DNA of 64,000 nt from an uncultured Candidatus Binatia bacterium. GTDB lineage: Bacteria > Desulfobacterota > Binatia > UBA9968 > JAJDTQ01. Below the pieces are notes generated by a model. The model worked only from the letters and a program-made list of their open reading frames with translations. It was not told the origin of the DNA and did no database searches. Positions within the stretch are counted from its first letter, which is position 1. Every line of letters begins with the position of its first letter. Position numbers and translations under genes: made by a program. Of the stretch, positions 19,901-28,667 are shown piece by piece. The DNA lies in the NCBI GenBank assembly GCA_965213675.1, contig OZ243916.1, positions 2,400,001 through 2,464,000 on the forward strand, in the 5' to 3' direction.

Positions 19901-22727
19901 CCGGCCCCACGGCAAGCGTCGCCGTGGCGGCCAGCGCGTCGAGTTGCTGCACCGCGCCATTGCCGTCGATGTATTCCGGCGTCACCGTGACCGTCAGCGT
20001 CATCGCTTCTTGCGCATCATGCCGGATGGTGGCCGTAGTGCCGGTCACGCTCTCGACGCCGGAAACGGCGGTCTCGGAGCCGTTGGCATCCCATGACACG
20101 TCATAGGAGGTGGCATGTGCCACCGCGTCCCAGGTGGCGCTGGCGCTGGCGTCGTCCACCGCCGTCACCTGCAGGTTGGAGACCGCCGTGTCGGGCGCCT
20201 GGACCGCCGGCGCGTTGTTGCCCACGGGGCATAGCCCGTTATTGATCCGCACGCATTTGCTGCCCGGAGCCAGCCGGAACGGACGGCCGGTGGCCGTCAC
20301 CTTGAAGGTCACCGTGCCCGCCCCGGCGTCGTGCCGGATACTGATGGGCACCGTGAACTCGGAAAAGCCCCTATTAAGTGACTTGTAGCCCGACTTGCCC
20401 AGACCCTGCCTGCGGTTGTCATCGACCACCCCGCCGGTGTCCTCGACCTCCCACTTGACGTAGAGGCCGGTCGGCAGGGCGCCATTGACCGAAGTGATCG
20501 TGAATATCGCGCGGTACCGGCGGTCGCGCTTCGACGTGTCGTCATACCCCGACACCTTCAGAACGGGCAGGTCGTCCTTGATGGTGATGACCGTGCTGAT
20601 GGTCTCGTTGGCAATGCGGGTCGAGTCCGGAATCTCCAGCAGGGCCGTGGTCTCCTTGCCCGACACGGTGCTCCGCTGCAGCCGGATTTTCACCGACTCG
20701 TCCGGCTCGTCGCTGCTGCCGTCGTCGAACAGCGTCAGATCGAGGTAGGTGCCGAGTTGCCCCTTCGGCAGCGTCGCGGGGTGGCAGCCCGTCGTCGTGA
20801 CCTTCGTGCCGTCCTGGCCGACCAGCGTGTAGTCGTCGCCAAGCGTCGCCGAACCGCTCACACAGTACTCGAAATGCGCATCGACCTGCAGCGGCCGGTT
20901 GGGTATCGAGGAATGCGCAGGGGCCAGAGCGATCTTGATCCTGCGCCCGCTATCGACCCCGTCCCTCAGCACCGTCCCGCTCTCGTCGACCTTGAGCAGG
21001 GGCGTCGCTTCGTCGTCCTGGATGTATATCGTGATCCGGTTCGGCGAGCCCACCGCGTGGGTGCCCGTGCCCACCATCTCCAGGACCACCGTCTCGGTTC
21101 CCTCGATCAGTGTGTCCTCGATGACCGTGATCGGCAGCGACGCAAGCGTCTTCCCCTTCGCCAGCGTCATCGTGCCCCGGTTGTTGTTCCGGTTGTAGCC
21201 GCCGCGCAGGCGGTAGTCGGTGCCGTAGGTCGCCGTGCTCCCCCCGTCCTCATTCCCGGGTACCACCTGGTAGGTTACCGTGTTATCCCAGCCAGCCTGC
21301 GCCGAGAACGGGATGCCGACATCCTGATCGAGGGACGGTCTGCCTTCTCTCACGCCCGGTTTGCCGGCCCAGGTGCCGAAGGCAAGCGGCTGCTGGTGAT
21401 AATCGTCGTCATCGATCACCAGGGTCTGGCTTCTGAACACGCTGTCGATCCCGTAGGGTGAAGGGAGCGGCTTTACCGGGTTCGGATTCAGGGTGATTCT
21501 GACCGTTTCCTGCCCCGATATAACCAGCCGCTCCTGGCCGTCGATCCACATCGGCACCTGCTCGTGGTGGTTGTCGCCAAGCACCTGGATGCGGAACCTC
21601 TTCAGTTGCTGGTTGGCGGCGATGGACGAGTCGACGCAGCCACTGTTTCTGGTCTGCCAGGCGCTCCCCACCCGTTCCTGTATCAGATAATCGTCTTGCT
21701 CGGCATTGCCGCCGGTGCGTCGCCTGGCACTGCCGGAGAAGCACAGGCGGAAAGGCAGGGGAGACGAAGAGAGCTGTTCGGTCTTGACCTGGAACTCCAC
21801 ATTCTTCGGCGCTGAATCCGTCTCCTTCACGCATGTGTACGTTTTACTGCTGCCTCCACCAACAGAGCAGGTATCCTTGCCCCGGTCCAGCGAGAGCGAG
21901 AGAAACTGGTTTGCGGCCTTGATCGTGAATGTGGCGGAGAGGTCTGGAGGGAATGTGGCGTCGTTAATCTGCCCAAACCGAAGCAAGCCACTCCGAGTGC
22001 CTCCGGCGACAGTCACCGTCACCGGATCATCTGCCCTGATTAGCGAGCCGTGGTAAGCGAGGGTGATCTGCGCGGAGCGATGACTAAGGCTTCTGCCATG
22101 GGGGTGACCCGGCCGCTCTCGCCGGAGCAGCTTGCCGCTTGCGATCGTCAATCCCCGAGGGGCGCCCGACAATGTGATCAGGGCAAGACCTGCTGCGCTC
22201 AACCTGGCTTCGCCGTCCCTGAAGGGGATGGCTCCCTGGTCGTCCGGGTGAATATACTTCTGTCTGAAGGAGTCGGAGAGTTCAGTGGTACCGCCGCGGC
22301 CAGCTCCAAAAAACGTGGCGTTTTTCGGAATCAGTGTGATCGTTGCCCCGTGCAGAAAATGTGCCTGTATCTCGGTGGGAATGGTCTCCAGGTACGGCGC
22401 AGTCTGTGCCTGTGCACCAGTGGCGAGACTGAGCAGCACAGCGGCGAGACTGAACCGCAAATGGTGGATGGCAAAGAAATCCGCCAAAGCGCGGGCGGGA
22501 GACAGGCTGGAGCCGCCGGTGGCAGAAGGCTCAGGCCGGGAGGCTGGGTGCCCCGGGCGGCCAGCCATGCGAGCGCGCTCATGCCGGCGATCCGGCGATA
22601 TACCAAGGGGAGTCCCCTCAACCCTTGTCAACCCCTGCGCGAAACAATTTTTCGCGCGCCCGGCGGTGGCCGCAAGCGCTGCGCCCAGCGCGCGGATCGC
22701 ATGTTGTCCTTCCTTGAATATGGTCAT
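16935..22727 (-). CDS. Giant autotransporter-like surface protein with Calx-beta/FN3-like repeats (paralogue 2, intact)
   Basis: GGAGAG-ATG at 22727; extended leader then SLAAVLLSLATGAQA|Q; Calx-beta motifs (EDTLIEGTET, DDTADEADG); MPAAWLARFGRT; barrel ends FEVNARW. Confidence 0.88.
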   Translation of the reverse strand: MTIFKEGQHAIRALGAALAATAGRAKNCFAQGLTRVEGTPLGISPDRRHERARMAGRPGHPASRPEPSATGGSSLSPARALADFFAIHHLRFSLAAVLLSLATGAQAQTAPYLETIPTEIQAHFLHGATITLIPKNATFFGAGRGGTTELSDSFRQKYIHPDDQGAIPFRDGEARLSAAGLALITLSGAPRGLTIASGKLLRRERPGHPHGRSLSHRSAQITLAYHGSLIRADDPVTVTVAGGTRSGLLRFGQINDATFPPDLSATFTIKAANQFLSLSLDRGKDTCSVGGGSSKTYTCVKETDSAPKNVEFQVKTEQLSSSPLPFRLCFSGSARRRTGGNAEQDDYLIQERVGSAWQTRNSGCVDSSIAANQQLKRFRIQVLGDNHHEQVPMWIDGQERLVISGQETVRITLNPNPVKPLPSPYGIDSVFRSQTLVIDDDDYHQQPLAFGTWAGKPGVREGRPSLDQDVGIPFSAQAGWDNTVTYQVVPGNEDGGSTATYGTDYRLRGGYNRNNNRGTMTLAKGKTLASLPITVIEDTLIEGTETVVLEMVGTGTHAVGSPNRITIYIQDDEATPLLKVDESGTVLRDGVDSGRRIKIALAPAHSSIPNRPLQVDAHFEYCVSGSATLGDDYTLVGQDGTKVTTTGCHPATLPKGQLGTYLDLTLFDDGSSDEPDESVKIRLQRSTVSGKETTALLEIPDSTRIANETISTVITIKDDLPVLKVSGYDDTSKRDRRYRAIFTITSVNGALPTGLYVKWEVEDTGGVVDDNRRQGLGKSGYKSLNRGFSEFTVPISIRHDAGAGTVTFKVTATGRPFRLAPGSKCVRINNGLCPVGNNAPAVQAPDTAVSNLQVTAVDDASASATWDAVAHATSYDVSWDANGSETAVSGVESVTGTTATIRHDAQEAMTLTVTVTPEYIDGNGAVQQLDALAATATLAVGPGGDALSASAQGADSQAPACVSDALLADAQAAASETWRTSPGHVERWSRVLAAFGVSNAYSNNPMTVAEARAQADRGLKRWAPVPPALECLANPPQEEQPEQAEVQPVTPATPELSLSAGSAVDEGGNATFTVTADPAPHSDLTIAWTVAQSGEYLDAPGAGSRTVTLAAGATSVALSVATVDDTADEADGSVSVTLGTGTGYTVATGKGSAAVAVRDNDEPVVSIAAGSGVTEGTSASFTVSASPVPVAPLDVTLTVGQSGDFAASGETGSRTVTVPVTGSVDVEVATVDDGADEPDGSITATLGIGAGYTLAAAPDNAATVAVSDNDAASSGPTISIADATLKENGITGNFKVTLSEPVDWPVHVYYATRDSTPVSAVAGQDYLAWKRSWRLRARFRPGQTETLIHVRLYNDSHDEGPETFEMVLFDAAVNGPPGVSVSIADGVAVGTITNSDPMPAAWLARFGRTAAEQALDGIAGRIAASRGAGVQGTIAGQALGFGSPDGSGAANDNAAPGSLAGKDVPARSHVARAFGASADGWGGGAIGHDAHGFATGSVSGAGGAGSYTMTGLEALLGSSFTATGEKDGMGGSLAFWGRAAQSSFDGREGTFSLDGEATSAMLGADYARGNWLVGMALMRSSGEGGYADRESGPQHCPDVGEGMDPATMAHLCAGAVREGDGKVDASLTAAVPYAAIQASEHLKLWGAAGHGTGEVTLKPEVGGSLSSDIAWTMAAAGVRNDLVSLSREGSGLALALTSDALWARTSSEKTHELAASESDVTRLRLGLEGSWRIATEGGGSLTPKLEIGARHDGGDAETGFGVELGGGLAWVDPALGLSLDLSGRTLVAHGSDDLEDRGFAASLAFDPDPATARGPSLTLTQDWGGQAKGGLDALFASDPLADRMGGGEAASRWTAEAAWGFPAFSGRFTGSPHMGLGLATDARDYSLGWRLTTAANANAPDVSFGLKATRRESDTAMPEHSVGFEVNARW

Positions 22728-23020
22728 CGCGATCTCTCCGAACCTGTCGCCCGGCTTGCCGGTGCGCACAGTGCACAAACCTGCCGAGCGTCACTATTTT
22801 TCCATTCGTACCGTATCCGAACACGGAGCGAAGGCAAGTCAGCCGCGCGTTTGTAAAGTCAGCGCGCACTTGCATCCACACACAACGACGGCGACGCCCT
22901 TGCCGGTATCGGCCGCCACAGAGCCGCCGACCGCAGCACCGATATCGTGCATGACGATGCAGGCCGCAGCGCCGTCACCATCGACCGAAATCCCCGCTGA
23001 CGCGGTAGCCGTCCAGCGTG

Positions 23021-23053
23021 CGTGTCAATCAGCCATGCAAGTGGCGCGGTCAA
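23021..23053 (-). pseudogene. Orphan 5' stub of vapC (MTAPLAWLIDT), coupled to the fitA-like antitoxin
   Basis: TTG start overlaps the antitoxin stop (TTGA); encodes PIN-like WLIDT, then loses similarity exactly at the direct repeat. Confidence 0.6.
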
Positions 23054-23307
23054 TCCCTGTCCTCTTCGGAGAACGACAGCGGCCGGTATCCGTAACGCGC
23101 CGGTGGCGGCAGTTCGATCCCGTACTCCTCACCGAAATACCGCGCGAACGCTTCGGACGGCTTCGGACGGCTTTCGGACTTCGTGCGTTTTTCGTGAATC
23201 AACCGGCGTACGAACTCTTCCATAGACATGCCGACTTCGCGGGCCTCGCGCTTCAGCCAGGACTTGTCCCGGGAATCGATGTCTCGGACGGTGATGCTGG
23301 AGTTCAT
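23050..23307 (-). CDS. FitA-like ribbon-helix-helix antitoxin
   Basis: SITVRDID..KSWLKREA..GMSMEEFVRRLI..GIELPPPAR; AGGAG RBS. Confidence 0.8.
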   Translation of the reverse strand: MNSSITVRDIDSRDKSWLKREAREVGMSMEEFVRRLIHEKRTKSESRPKPSEAFARYFGEEYGIELPPPARYGYRPLSFSEEDRD

Positions 23308-23332
23308 GTCAACGTCTCCTGTTCAGCCTATA

Positions 23333-23354
23333 CGCCATCAAATTATGCTATCAA
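23333..23354. promoter_or_regulatory. Probable FitA-type operator/promoter
   Basis: CGCCATCA-aatta-TGCTATCA; TGCTATCA is the half-site known from the Neisseria fitAB operator; the minus strand gives TTGATA-16-TATAGG. Confidence 0.5.
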
Positions 23355-23569
23355 GGAATTTGGGTCAAGAGGTTGTAGCCTCCCGCGCGTTGGAGCCGGA
23401 GAAGGCGCTTCTTCAACTGCAAGCGCAGGGCACTTCGAGGCCCAATCGGATCTCGGTCACCATCCTGATGCCCCACCCTGGCGAGTCTCGGATCAGTGTG
23501 CACGTAAACCAGAATTTGGTTACAAGGGTCATCGGGGGCGGGCGCCCCGGGTTTCGGTAACAGGTCAAA

Positions 23570-23758
23570 CTCCAACTCGGCCTCAAGGCCACCCGAAGGG
23601 AGGCCGCCCACTCAAAACCCGAACACATCCTCCGCTTCAAGGTCGCCCTCAACTGGTGACCTCGAAAAAGGCTTGGCCAGACGCCGACCCGTCGGACTTG
23701 CCTGCGGCGGCTACGGCCATTGAGGTGCCGTCGGTCAGGTCGATCACCTCCACGTCCA
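23570..23758 (+). repeat. Direct repeat copy 2: relic 3' end of a third autotransporter gene plus downstream DNA
   Basis: Encodes LQLGLKATRREAAHSKPEHILRFKVALNW*; near-identical to 13701-13908 with indels. Confidence 0.88.
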
Positions 23759-23798
23759 GGTCCGCCAGAGGGCCGACGGCGGCGATGAACGTCTGATT

Positions 23799-25412
23799 TC
23801 ACGCGCCGCCGGCGAGCCTCTGGTCCACGTGCCACATGGCGACGCAGTCGTCCTCGTTGTAGCGGACGGCCTTTTCGGCCAGGGACCTGTCGCCGGTTTC
23901 GATGGAATCCCAGTAGCACAGTAGCGCTTCGTAGGCGCCGAATCTCTGCTGCCGCCAGTTGAAACCCAGGGCCGGAGCGACGCTCTTGATGGAGTAGCTC
24001 GGCACCGGCAGGTAGACCGCGTCCTGGATGCACTGCTTCAGGTCGACACAGGAGCCGATGAGGCGCGCCAGTCTTCCTTCCAGCCGCGGCCAGCGGCGCA
24101 TGACCGCCTTCATCTGCCACACCTCGTAGTCGGTCCAGTGGTACAGGCGCACGGCATCCATGTCATCGCCCACGTAGTCCAGGAACCCCTCGAAGATCTC
24201 GGGTTCGTCCTCGGGGCCGCGAGCCAGGAACCTGACGAACTGGTCGCGGGAGCCATCCCAACAACCGATGAGGTAGACGTGGGGCGGCAGGGTCGGATGC
24301 ACGTCATCGGAGGTCTCGAAGTCGAAGTAGAGGAGCCGTTTGGCCCGGGGTATCCGCAGCTCGCGGCCGGGCCTGGGAACGGGTTGTCCGGTCCGGTAGC
24401 TCTGGGCCACGTGGTAGGCCGTAGAGCCGTGGTGCGGACCAAGTATCTCGTTGATCTCCTCCGGCGAACGGCTCCATAGCTCATCCACACCGTGGATACC
24501 GGCGGCGCGCAGTTTCGCCCGCTCGGGCGCCCGCACCCCGGCCAGCAGCACCAGGTGCTGGCGCTCGTGCACCAGCTTGTTGCCGTACACACGCCAGGGG
24601 GAGTCGGTGACTTCCGGTGGGCGGTCGGGCTCCGGTTGCTCCACCGTACCGTCCCGCAGACTCGTCCAGCGCGCGGCCACTTCGCCCATCCTGTTCTCGA
24701 AACCCGCGACAGCCACCCGACGGGCCTCATCCCGCAACGCCACCGTCACCCGCGGCGGCGTGTGGCCCTGGATGGCGCCGATGGTGCGATTGTAGAAGGC
24801 CGCCTGGAGCACGTAGGCGTCCCGGAGCTTGCGCGCGCGCTTTATCTCGATGACGCGATAATGGTAGGGGCCGAGGTCCGAGGCGTGGCTGTCGTCGCGC
24901 ACCAGCAGGTCGCCGCGGCCGTAGACGTCGCGGCCCAAGTCCCATAGTTGCGGTTGAAGGACGGCGGGAACACCGTCGAGCATGGCGCGGAGGGTTCGGA
25001 CCAAGGCTTCGTGGCCGAAGTCGGGCCGGATCGCCACGGCGGCGGGATAGTGCGCGGCCACCCAGGCGTCCTCGTGCTCGACGCCGCGACGGTAGCGCAT
25101 CTGCTGGTAGCGGCCTACCTCGTTCACCGCTTCGCCCTTGGGCGCGTGGTAATGGCACCAGACCCAGAACGGGTCGCGCAGCACTTTTTCCACCAAGGAC
25201 GGACGCAGGCGGGAGCGGGCTCGGACTTTCTGCCCAGCGGTGGCGCGGTCGAGCAGCGCCCGCAGCCGGATCTCCGGCCCGTCAAGCGGCAACGTCAGCT
25301 GAATGCCGTGGTCTCCTTCCGATTCGCGGCGGTCGCGGCCGGCCAGGTTCGTTTCACAGACTCTCCGGCCCGCTTGTGACGCGGGCCGACCGCTCAACCC
25401 ACCGCCACTCAA
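23799..25412 (-). CDS. TM0106-family RecB-like nuclease with C-terminal RNase H-like domain
   Basis: GRGDLL..VIEIK..QAAFY; YFDFET; YSIKSVAPALGF..YNEDDC; exact start uncertain (TTG overlaps the upstream stop). Confidence 0.8.
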   Translation of the reverse strand: MSGGGLSGRPASQAGRRVCETNLAGRDRRESEGDHGIQLTLPLDGPEIRLRALLDRATAGQKVRARSRLRPSLVEKVLRDPFWVWCHYHAPKGEAVNEVGRYQQMRYRRGVEHEDAWVAAHYPAAVAIRPDFGHEALVRTLRAMLDGVPAVLQPQLWDLGRDVYGRGDLLVRDDSHASDLGPYHYRVIEIKRARKLRDAYVLQAAFYNRTIGAIQGHTPPRVTVALRDEARRVAVAGFENRMGEVAARWTSLRDGTVEQPEPDRPPEVTDSPWRVYGNKLVHERQHLVLLAGVRAPERAKLRAAGIHGVDELWSRSPEEINEILGPHHGSTAYHVAQSYRTGQPVPRPGRELRIPRAKRLLYFDFETSDDVHPTLPPHVYLIGCWDGSRDQFVRFLARGPEDEPEIFEGFLDYVGDDMDAVRLYHWTDYEVWQMKAVMRRWPRLEGRLARLIGSCVDLKQCIQDAVYLPVPSYSIKSVAPALGFNWRQQRFGAYEALLCYWDSIETGDRSLAEKAVRYNEDDCVAMWHVDQRLAGGA

Positions 25413-26854
25413 CTGAACGCGGGCTTCTCCTTGGGATAGTGCGCTTCCATGGCGGACCGGTAGCGCTCCATAAGGACGCGGTTGAGTTCCAGCGGCGGCT
25501 GCTGGCCGTCGGGCAGCAACGGACGGTACTCCACGTCGCCGATCTCCTCCCTGAAGGTCTCCTTGGCCTGCGCCACCAGTTCCGGGTCCATCAGCAGGTC
25601 AACGGCGGAGGCGGCCATGGTCTTGGCGCCGGCAACCGCGCCCTTGTGGGCCACGGAGGTGGCCAGGGAGACGCCCGCGCCCCAGTGATGGTAGGCGATG
25701 CCCGGGATGTTGGACGGGAAGTTCACCACGCCCGAAGGCACCACCCAGCAGACGTCGCCGGAGTCGTTGGCGGACACGGACTGCACGGCCTCGCGTAGCT
25801 GGGCCACCTTCGTAGGCATTCCCGTGGCCTTGACGTTGACCTTGGTCTGAAGGTCGGTGACGAGTTTCTGCTCGGCTTCGCTCCACCGCGGCATGCCCAC
25901 GGCCTCGATGTTGTTCTGGATGACCTCGGCCAGCGTCTGGTTGCAACGGGTGGGCGCCACCGCGCTCAGCACGTTCACCGAGTAGGAGGTGTCGGTCATG
26001 GTGGCCGCGCCCTGGGCGACGCGCTTGGCTTTCTCGAACAGCGCCCGCGCCTTCTCTGCCGTGGCCTCGCGGAAGAACCACCAGATGGTGGCGGTGTTGG
26101 GGATGACGTTGGGCTGGTCGCCGCCGTTGCTGATGACCCGGTGGCTGCGCTGGGAAGGCTCGAGATGCTCCCGCAGCTTGTCCCAGCCGATGTCCATGAG
26201 CACCGCCGCGTCCAGCGCGTCGCGCGCGTTCCAGGGCGAGGTGGCGGCATGGGCGCTCTCGCCCTTGAAGGTGAACTCCGCGGAGATGAGCGCGTACTGC
26301 CGCAGGCCGTACACGGTGCCCAGGTTGGAGCCGATGTGATCGTGCAGCGCCACGTCCACGTCCTTGAAGTAGCCGTCCCGCACGAAGTAGGGCCGGCTCA
26401 CGAGCTGTTCCTCGGCCGGGGCGCCGTATACCCGCAGGGTCCCCTGGATACCGAACTGCTCCATGGTATTCTTCACCGCCACCGCGGCGCCGACCATCAC
26501 CGCGGCATTGACGTTGTGACCCTCGGTGTGGCCCGGCGCGCCGTCGACGATGGGCTTCTGCTCGGTCACGCCCGCCATCTGCGAGCTCGAGGGGGTGGCG
26601 TCGAACTCCGTGTGGAGCGCCACCACCGGCTTGCCGGATCCGTAAGTGGCGATGAAAGCAGTGGGCATCCCCGAGATGCCTCGCTCGATTTCGAAGCCCG
26701 CCTGCTCCAGGATCTCGGTCATGAGCCCGGTGGTGCGATATTCCTGCATTCCCAGCTCGGCGAAATAGAAGATGTTGTCGCCGAGGAGGGCGATGTTGTT
26801 CCCGTTCTCCTCCACGGCGTCGATGGCGAACCGTTTTTGCTTTGAATCCGGCAT
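25409..26854 (-). CDS. M20-family amidohydrolase (AbgB-like)
   Basis: AELGMQE, EFDA, GHTEGHN, PAEE, G.SAHAA..PW..RDALDA; GAGGAGG RBS before ATG 26854. Confidence 0.88.
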   Translation of the reverse strand: MPDSKQKRFAIDAVEENGNNIALLGDNIFYFAELGMQEYRTTGLMTEILEQAGFEIERGISGMPTAFIATYGSGKPVVALHTEFDATPSSSQMAGVTEQKPIVDGAPGHTEGHNVNAAVMVGAAVAVKNTMEQFGIQGTLRVYGAPAEEQLVSRPYFVRDGYFKDVDVALHDHIGSNLGTVYGLRQYALISAEFTFKGESAHAATSPWNARDALDAAVLMDIGWDKLREHLEPSQRSHRVISNGGDQPNVIPNTATIWWFFREATAEKARALFEKAKRVAQGAATMTDTSYSVNVLSAVAPTRCNQTLAEVIQNNIEAVGMPRWSEAEQKLVTDLQTKVNVKATGMPTKVAQLREAVQSVSANDSGDVCWVVPSGVVNFPSNIPGIAYHHWGAGVSLATSVAHKGAVAGAKTMAASAVDLLMDPELVAQAKETFREEIGDVEYRPLLPDGQQPPLELNRVLMERYRSAMEAHYPKEKPAFS

Positions 26855-26967
26855 GGTGTCCTCCTCATGGCATGCGCGGATCATATTACAAGGAGGGCGG
26901 CCCGTCGAGGGGGATCCGGGCCAACAACTGGATCGTCCCTCCGCGCTCCCCTCCGTCATTCCCCTCC

Positions 26968-27066
26968 GTCATTCCCGCGAAAGCGGGAATCCAGGGGCGG
27001 TGGGGGGTGCTGCAGCGGCGTTTCCCCCCTCCACCCCTCCTGGATTCCCGCATTCGCGGGAGTATC
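26968..27066. repeat. REP-like inverted pair GTCATTCCCGCGAAAGCGGGAATCCAG..CTGGATTCCCGCATTCGCGGGA
   Basis: Two palindromic units in opposite orientation; relatives at 40629, 56717 and 63810. Confidence 0.8.
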
Positions 27067-27129
27067 GGTCATGGGGCGGCGTTGCCGTGCAGCCTTGCCC
27101 GGCCTTCGCGGACGTAATAAGTTCCCTCC

Positions 27130-28584
27130 ATGCCGACGAACCGACCCGTCATCAAGGGCGCCGCCACCGCCCTCGCCCACACCCCGAGCCTGGTCCGTTA
27201 CGGCTCCAAGCCGTTCCGGGAAGCCAAGGCCAAACCGGAGTTCCTGGCGGATCTGACGCGGGGGCTGTGGAGTTACGACGACGCGTGCCGTTACCTTCCC
27301 AACCAGGTGTTCATCGGCAGCCAGGCGCCGGCACGCCTCTGGGAAGTGGAGCAGCCCTGGTTCGACAAGCTGGCGGACGCGGATGGCGGCCACACGCCTT
27401 TCGGCCACATCATGGAGGAACGGCGGTTCCTCGCCCTGCTGGCCTGCGCGGACCCCTTCAAGCATGTGCTGCTGCGGGAACGGTTCTGGGAGGAGATGCA
27501 TCCCGCGCTCTCGGCCTCGCCGCTCTCGGCGCCGCTGGCCTCCGGCACGCCGGCGCTTGTGGACGACGCCCAACTGGGCAAGGAACTAGCGGCCGCCGAT
27601 TCCCTGCCGCTCTTCGCCGGCGGCGAAGGCGCGCCCGTGGGAGTGGTCAAGACGGGCCACTCCGAGGACGAAGCGCTCTCGGCGACAGTTCTGCTGGAGA
27701 ACCTCTGCTGCAAGGTTTCGGGCGCGCTGTCCGTGCACGAGCTGCTGAACCACGTGGACGGTCTTGACCTGAGCGACGTCGACCTGGTGCTGAGCTGCTC
27801 GGAGGAGGCGGTGGGCGACCGCTACCAGCGAGGCGGCGGCAACATGGCCAAGGCCATCGCCGAGTTCGCGGGCTGCGATCTCGGCACCGGCATCGACATC
27901 AAGGACTTCTGCGCCGCGCCCATTCCCGCCATGGTCATCGGTGCCTCGCTGGTGGACAGCGGCGTGTTCGAGAACGTGATCGTGGTGGGCGGCGGGTCGC
28001 TTCCCAAGCTCGGGATGAAGTCCCTATACCACCTCGAACAAGGCATCCCGGTGCTGGAAGACGCGCTGTCCGCGGTGGCCGTGTGGATCGGCCGCGACGA
28101 CGGCAAGAGCCCGGTGGTGAACCTGCAAGCCGTCGGACGCCATCCCGTCAAGGCCGGCGCCGCCCTCGACAAGCAGTTCCGTGAGCTTGTCCTGGAGCCG
28201 CTGCGGCGGTTAGAATGGGGCGTCGACCGGCTCGATCGGGTGGTGACCGAGTTGCACAACCCGGACATCATGGTGTCCGCCAAGGCAGGCGACGTGGCCG
28301 CCCGGAACTACAAGATGATGGCCGCCATGCTCGCCATGGCCAAGGAGATCGACCGGAGCGACATCGCCGGCTTCGCGCGCGCCAAGGGGGTGTGCGGCTA
28401 CGCCCCAACCCAAGGGCACATCGCGTCGGGATTCGTCTACGTGCCCCACGCGCTCCGGGAGATGGCCGCGGGCGCCATTCGGAACTGCATGCTGGTGGCC
28501 AGGGCGAGCCTGTTCCTGGGCCAGATGACCGAACTGACGGACGGAATGTCGGTGCTGATCGAGCGGAACGACAAGCGACAGTAG
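27130..28584 (+). CDS. grdC: Glycine/sarcosine/betaine reductase component C subunit beta
   Basis: PNQVFIG, LLENL..K.SG, CSEEAVGD.YQRGGGN.AKAIAE, FCAAP, GGGSLPKLGM, ELHNPDI, APTQGHI and SLFLGQMT. Confidence 0.88.
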   Translation: MPTNRPVIKGAATALAHTPSLVRYGSKPFREAKAKPEFLADLTRGLWSYDDACRYLPNQVFIGSQAPARLWEVEQPWFDKLADADGGHTPFGHIMEERRFLALLACADPFKHVLLRERFWEEMHPALSASPLSAPLASGTPALVDDAQLGKELAAADSLPLFAGGEGAPVGVVKTGHSEDEALSATVLLENLCCKVSGALSVHELLNHVDGLDLSDVDLVLSCSEEAVGDRYQRGGGNMAKAIAEFAGCDLGTGIDIKDFCAAPIPAMVIGASLVDSGVFENVIVVGGGSLPKLGMKSLYHLEQGIPVLEDALSAVAVWIGRDDGKSPVVNLQAVGRHPVKAGAALDKQFRELVLEPLRRLEWGVDRLDRVVTELHNPDIMVSAKAGDVAARNYKMMAAMLAMAKEIDRSDIAGFARAKGVCGYAPTQGHIASGFVYVPHALREMAAGAIRNCMLVARASLFLGQMTELTDGMSVLIERNDKRQ

Positions 28585-28667
28585 CTCTCAAACCCCGCGA
28601 AAATACGAAGTTTTACACCAATAGAGTCAAGTTCAAGGTTTGACCCTGCCAAACGAGGAGAACCCCC

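Larger units (their letters stand above)
14475..23029. mobile_element. Putative degenerate integrative/mobilisable element inserted in the 5' end of vapC
   Basis: Bounded by direct repeat CGTGTCAAT (14475-14483 and 23021-23029; 14 of 16 nt match when extended); tyrosine-integrase N-terminal remnant near the left end; relaxase-helicase remnants inside. Confidence 0.6.

Noticed and set aside
10077-20096. Long antisense ORFs (10077-12431 minus, 16968-20096 plus) and similar ORFs elsewhere
   Set aside because: Shadows of high-GC coding strands; Arg/Gly/Ala-rich with no motifs
23480-23545. IS5-like transposase scrap (KPEFGYKGH)
   Set aside because: Only a short motif, with no ORF context or terminal repeats
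13701-23758. Duplicated gene 3' end as a DGR template/variable repeat pair
   Set aside because: Mismatches include C/G changes and indels rather than adenine-specific substitutions, and no reverse transcriptase is present
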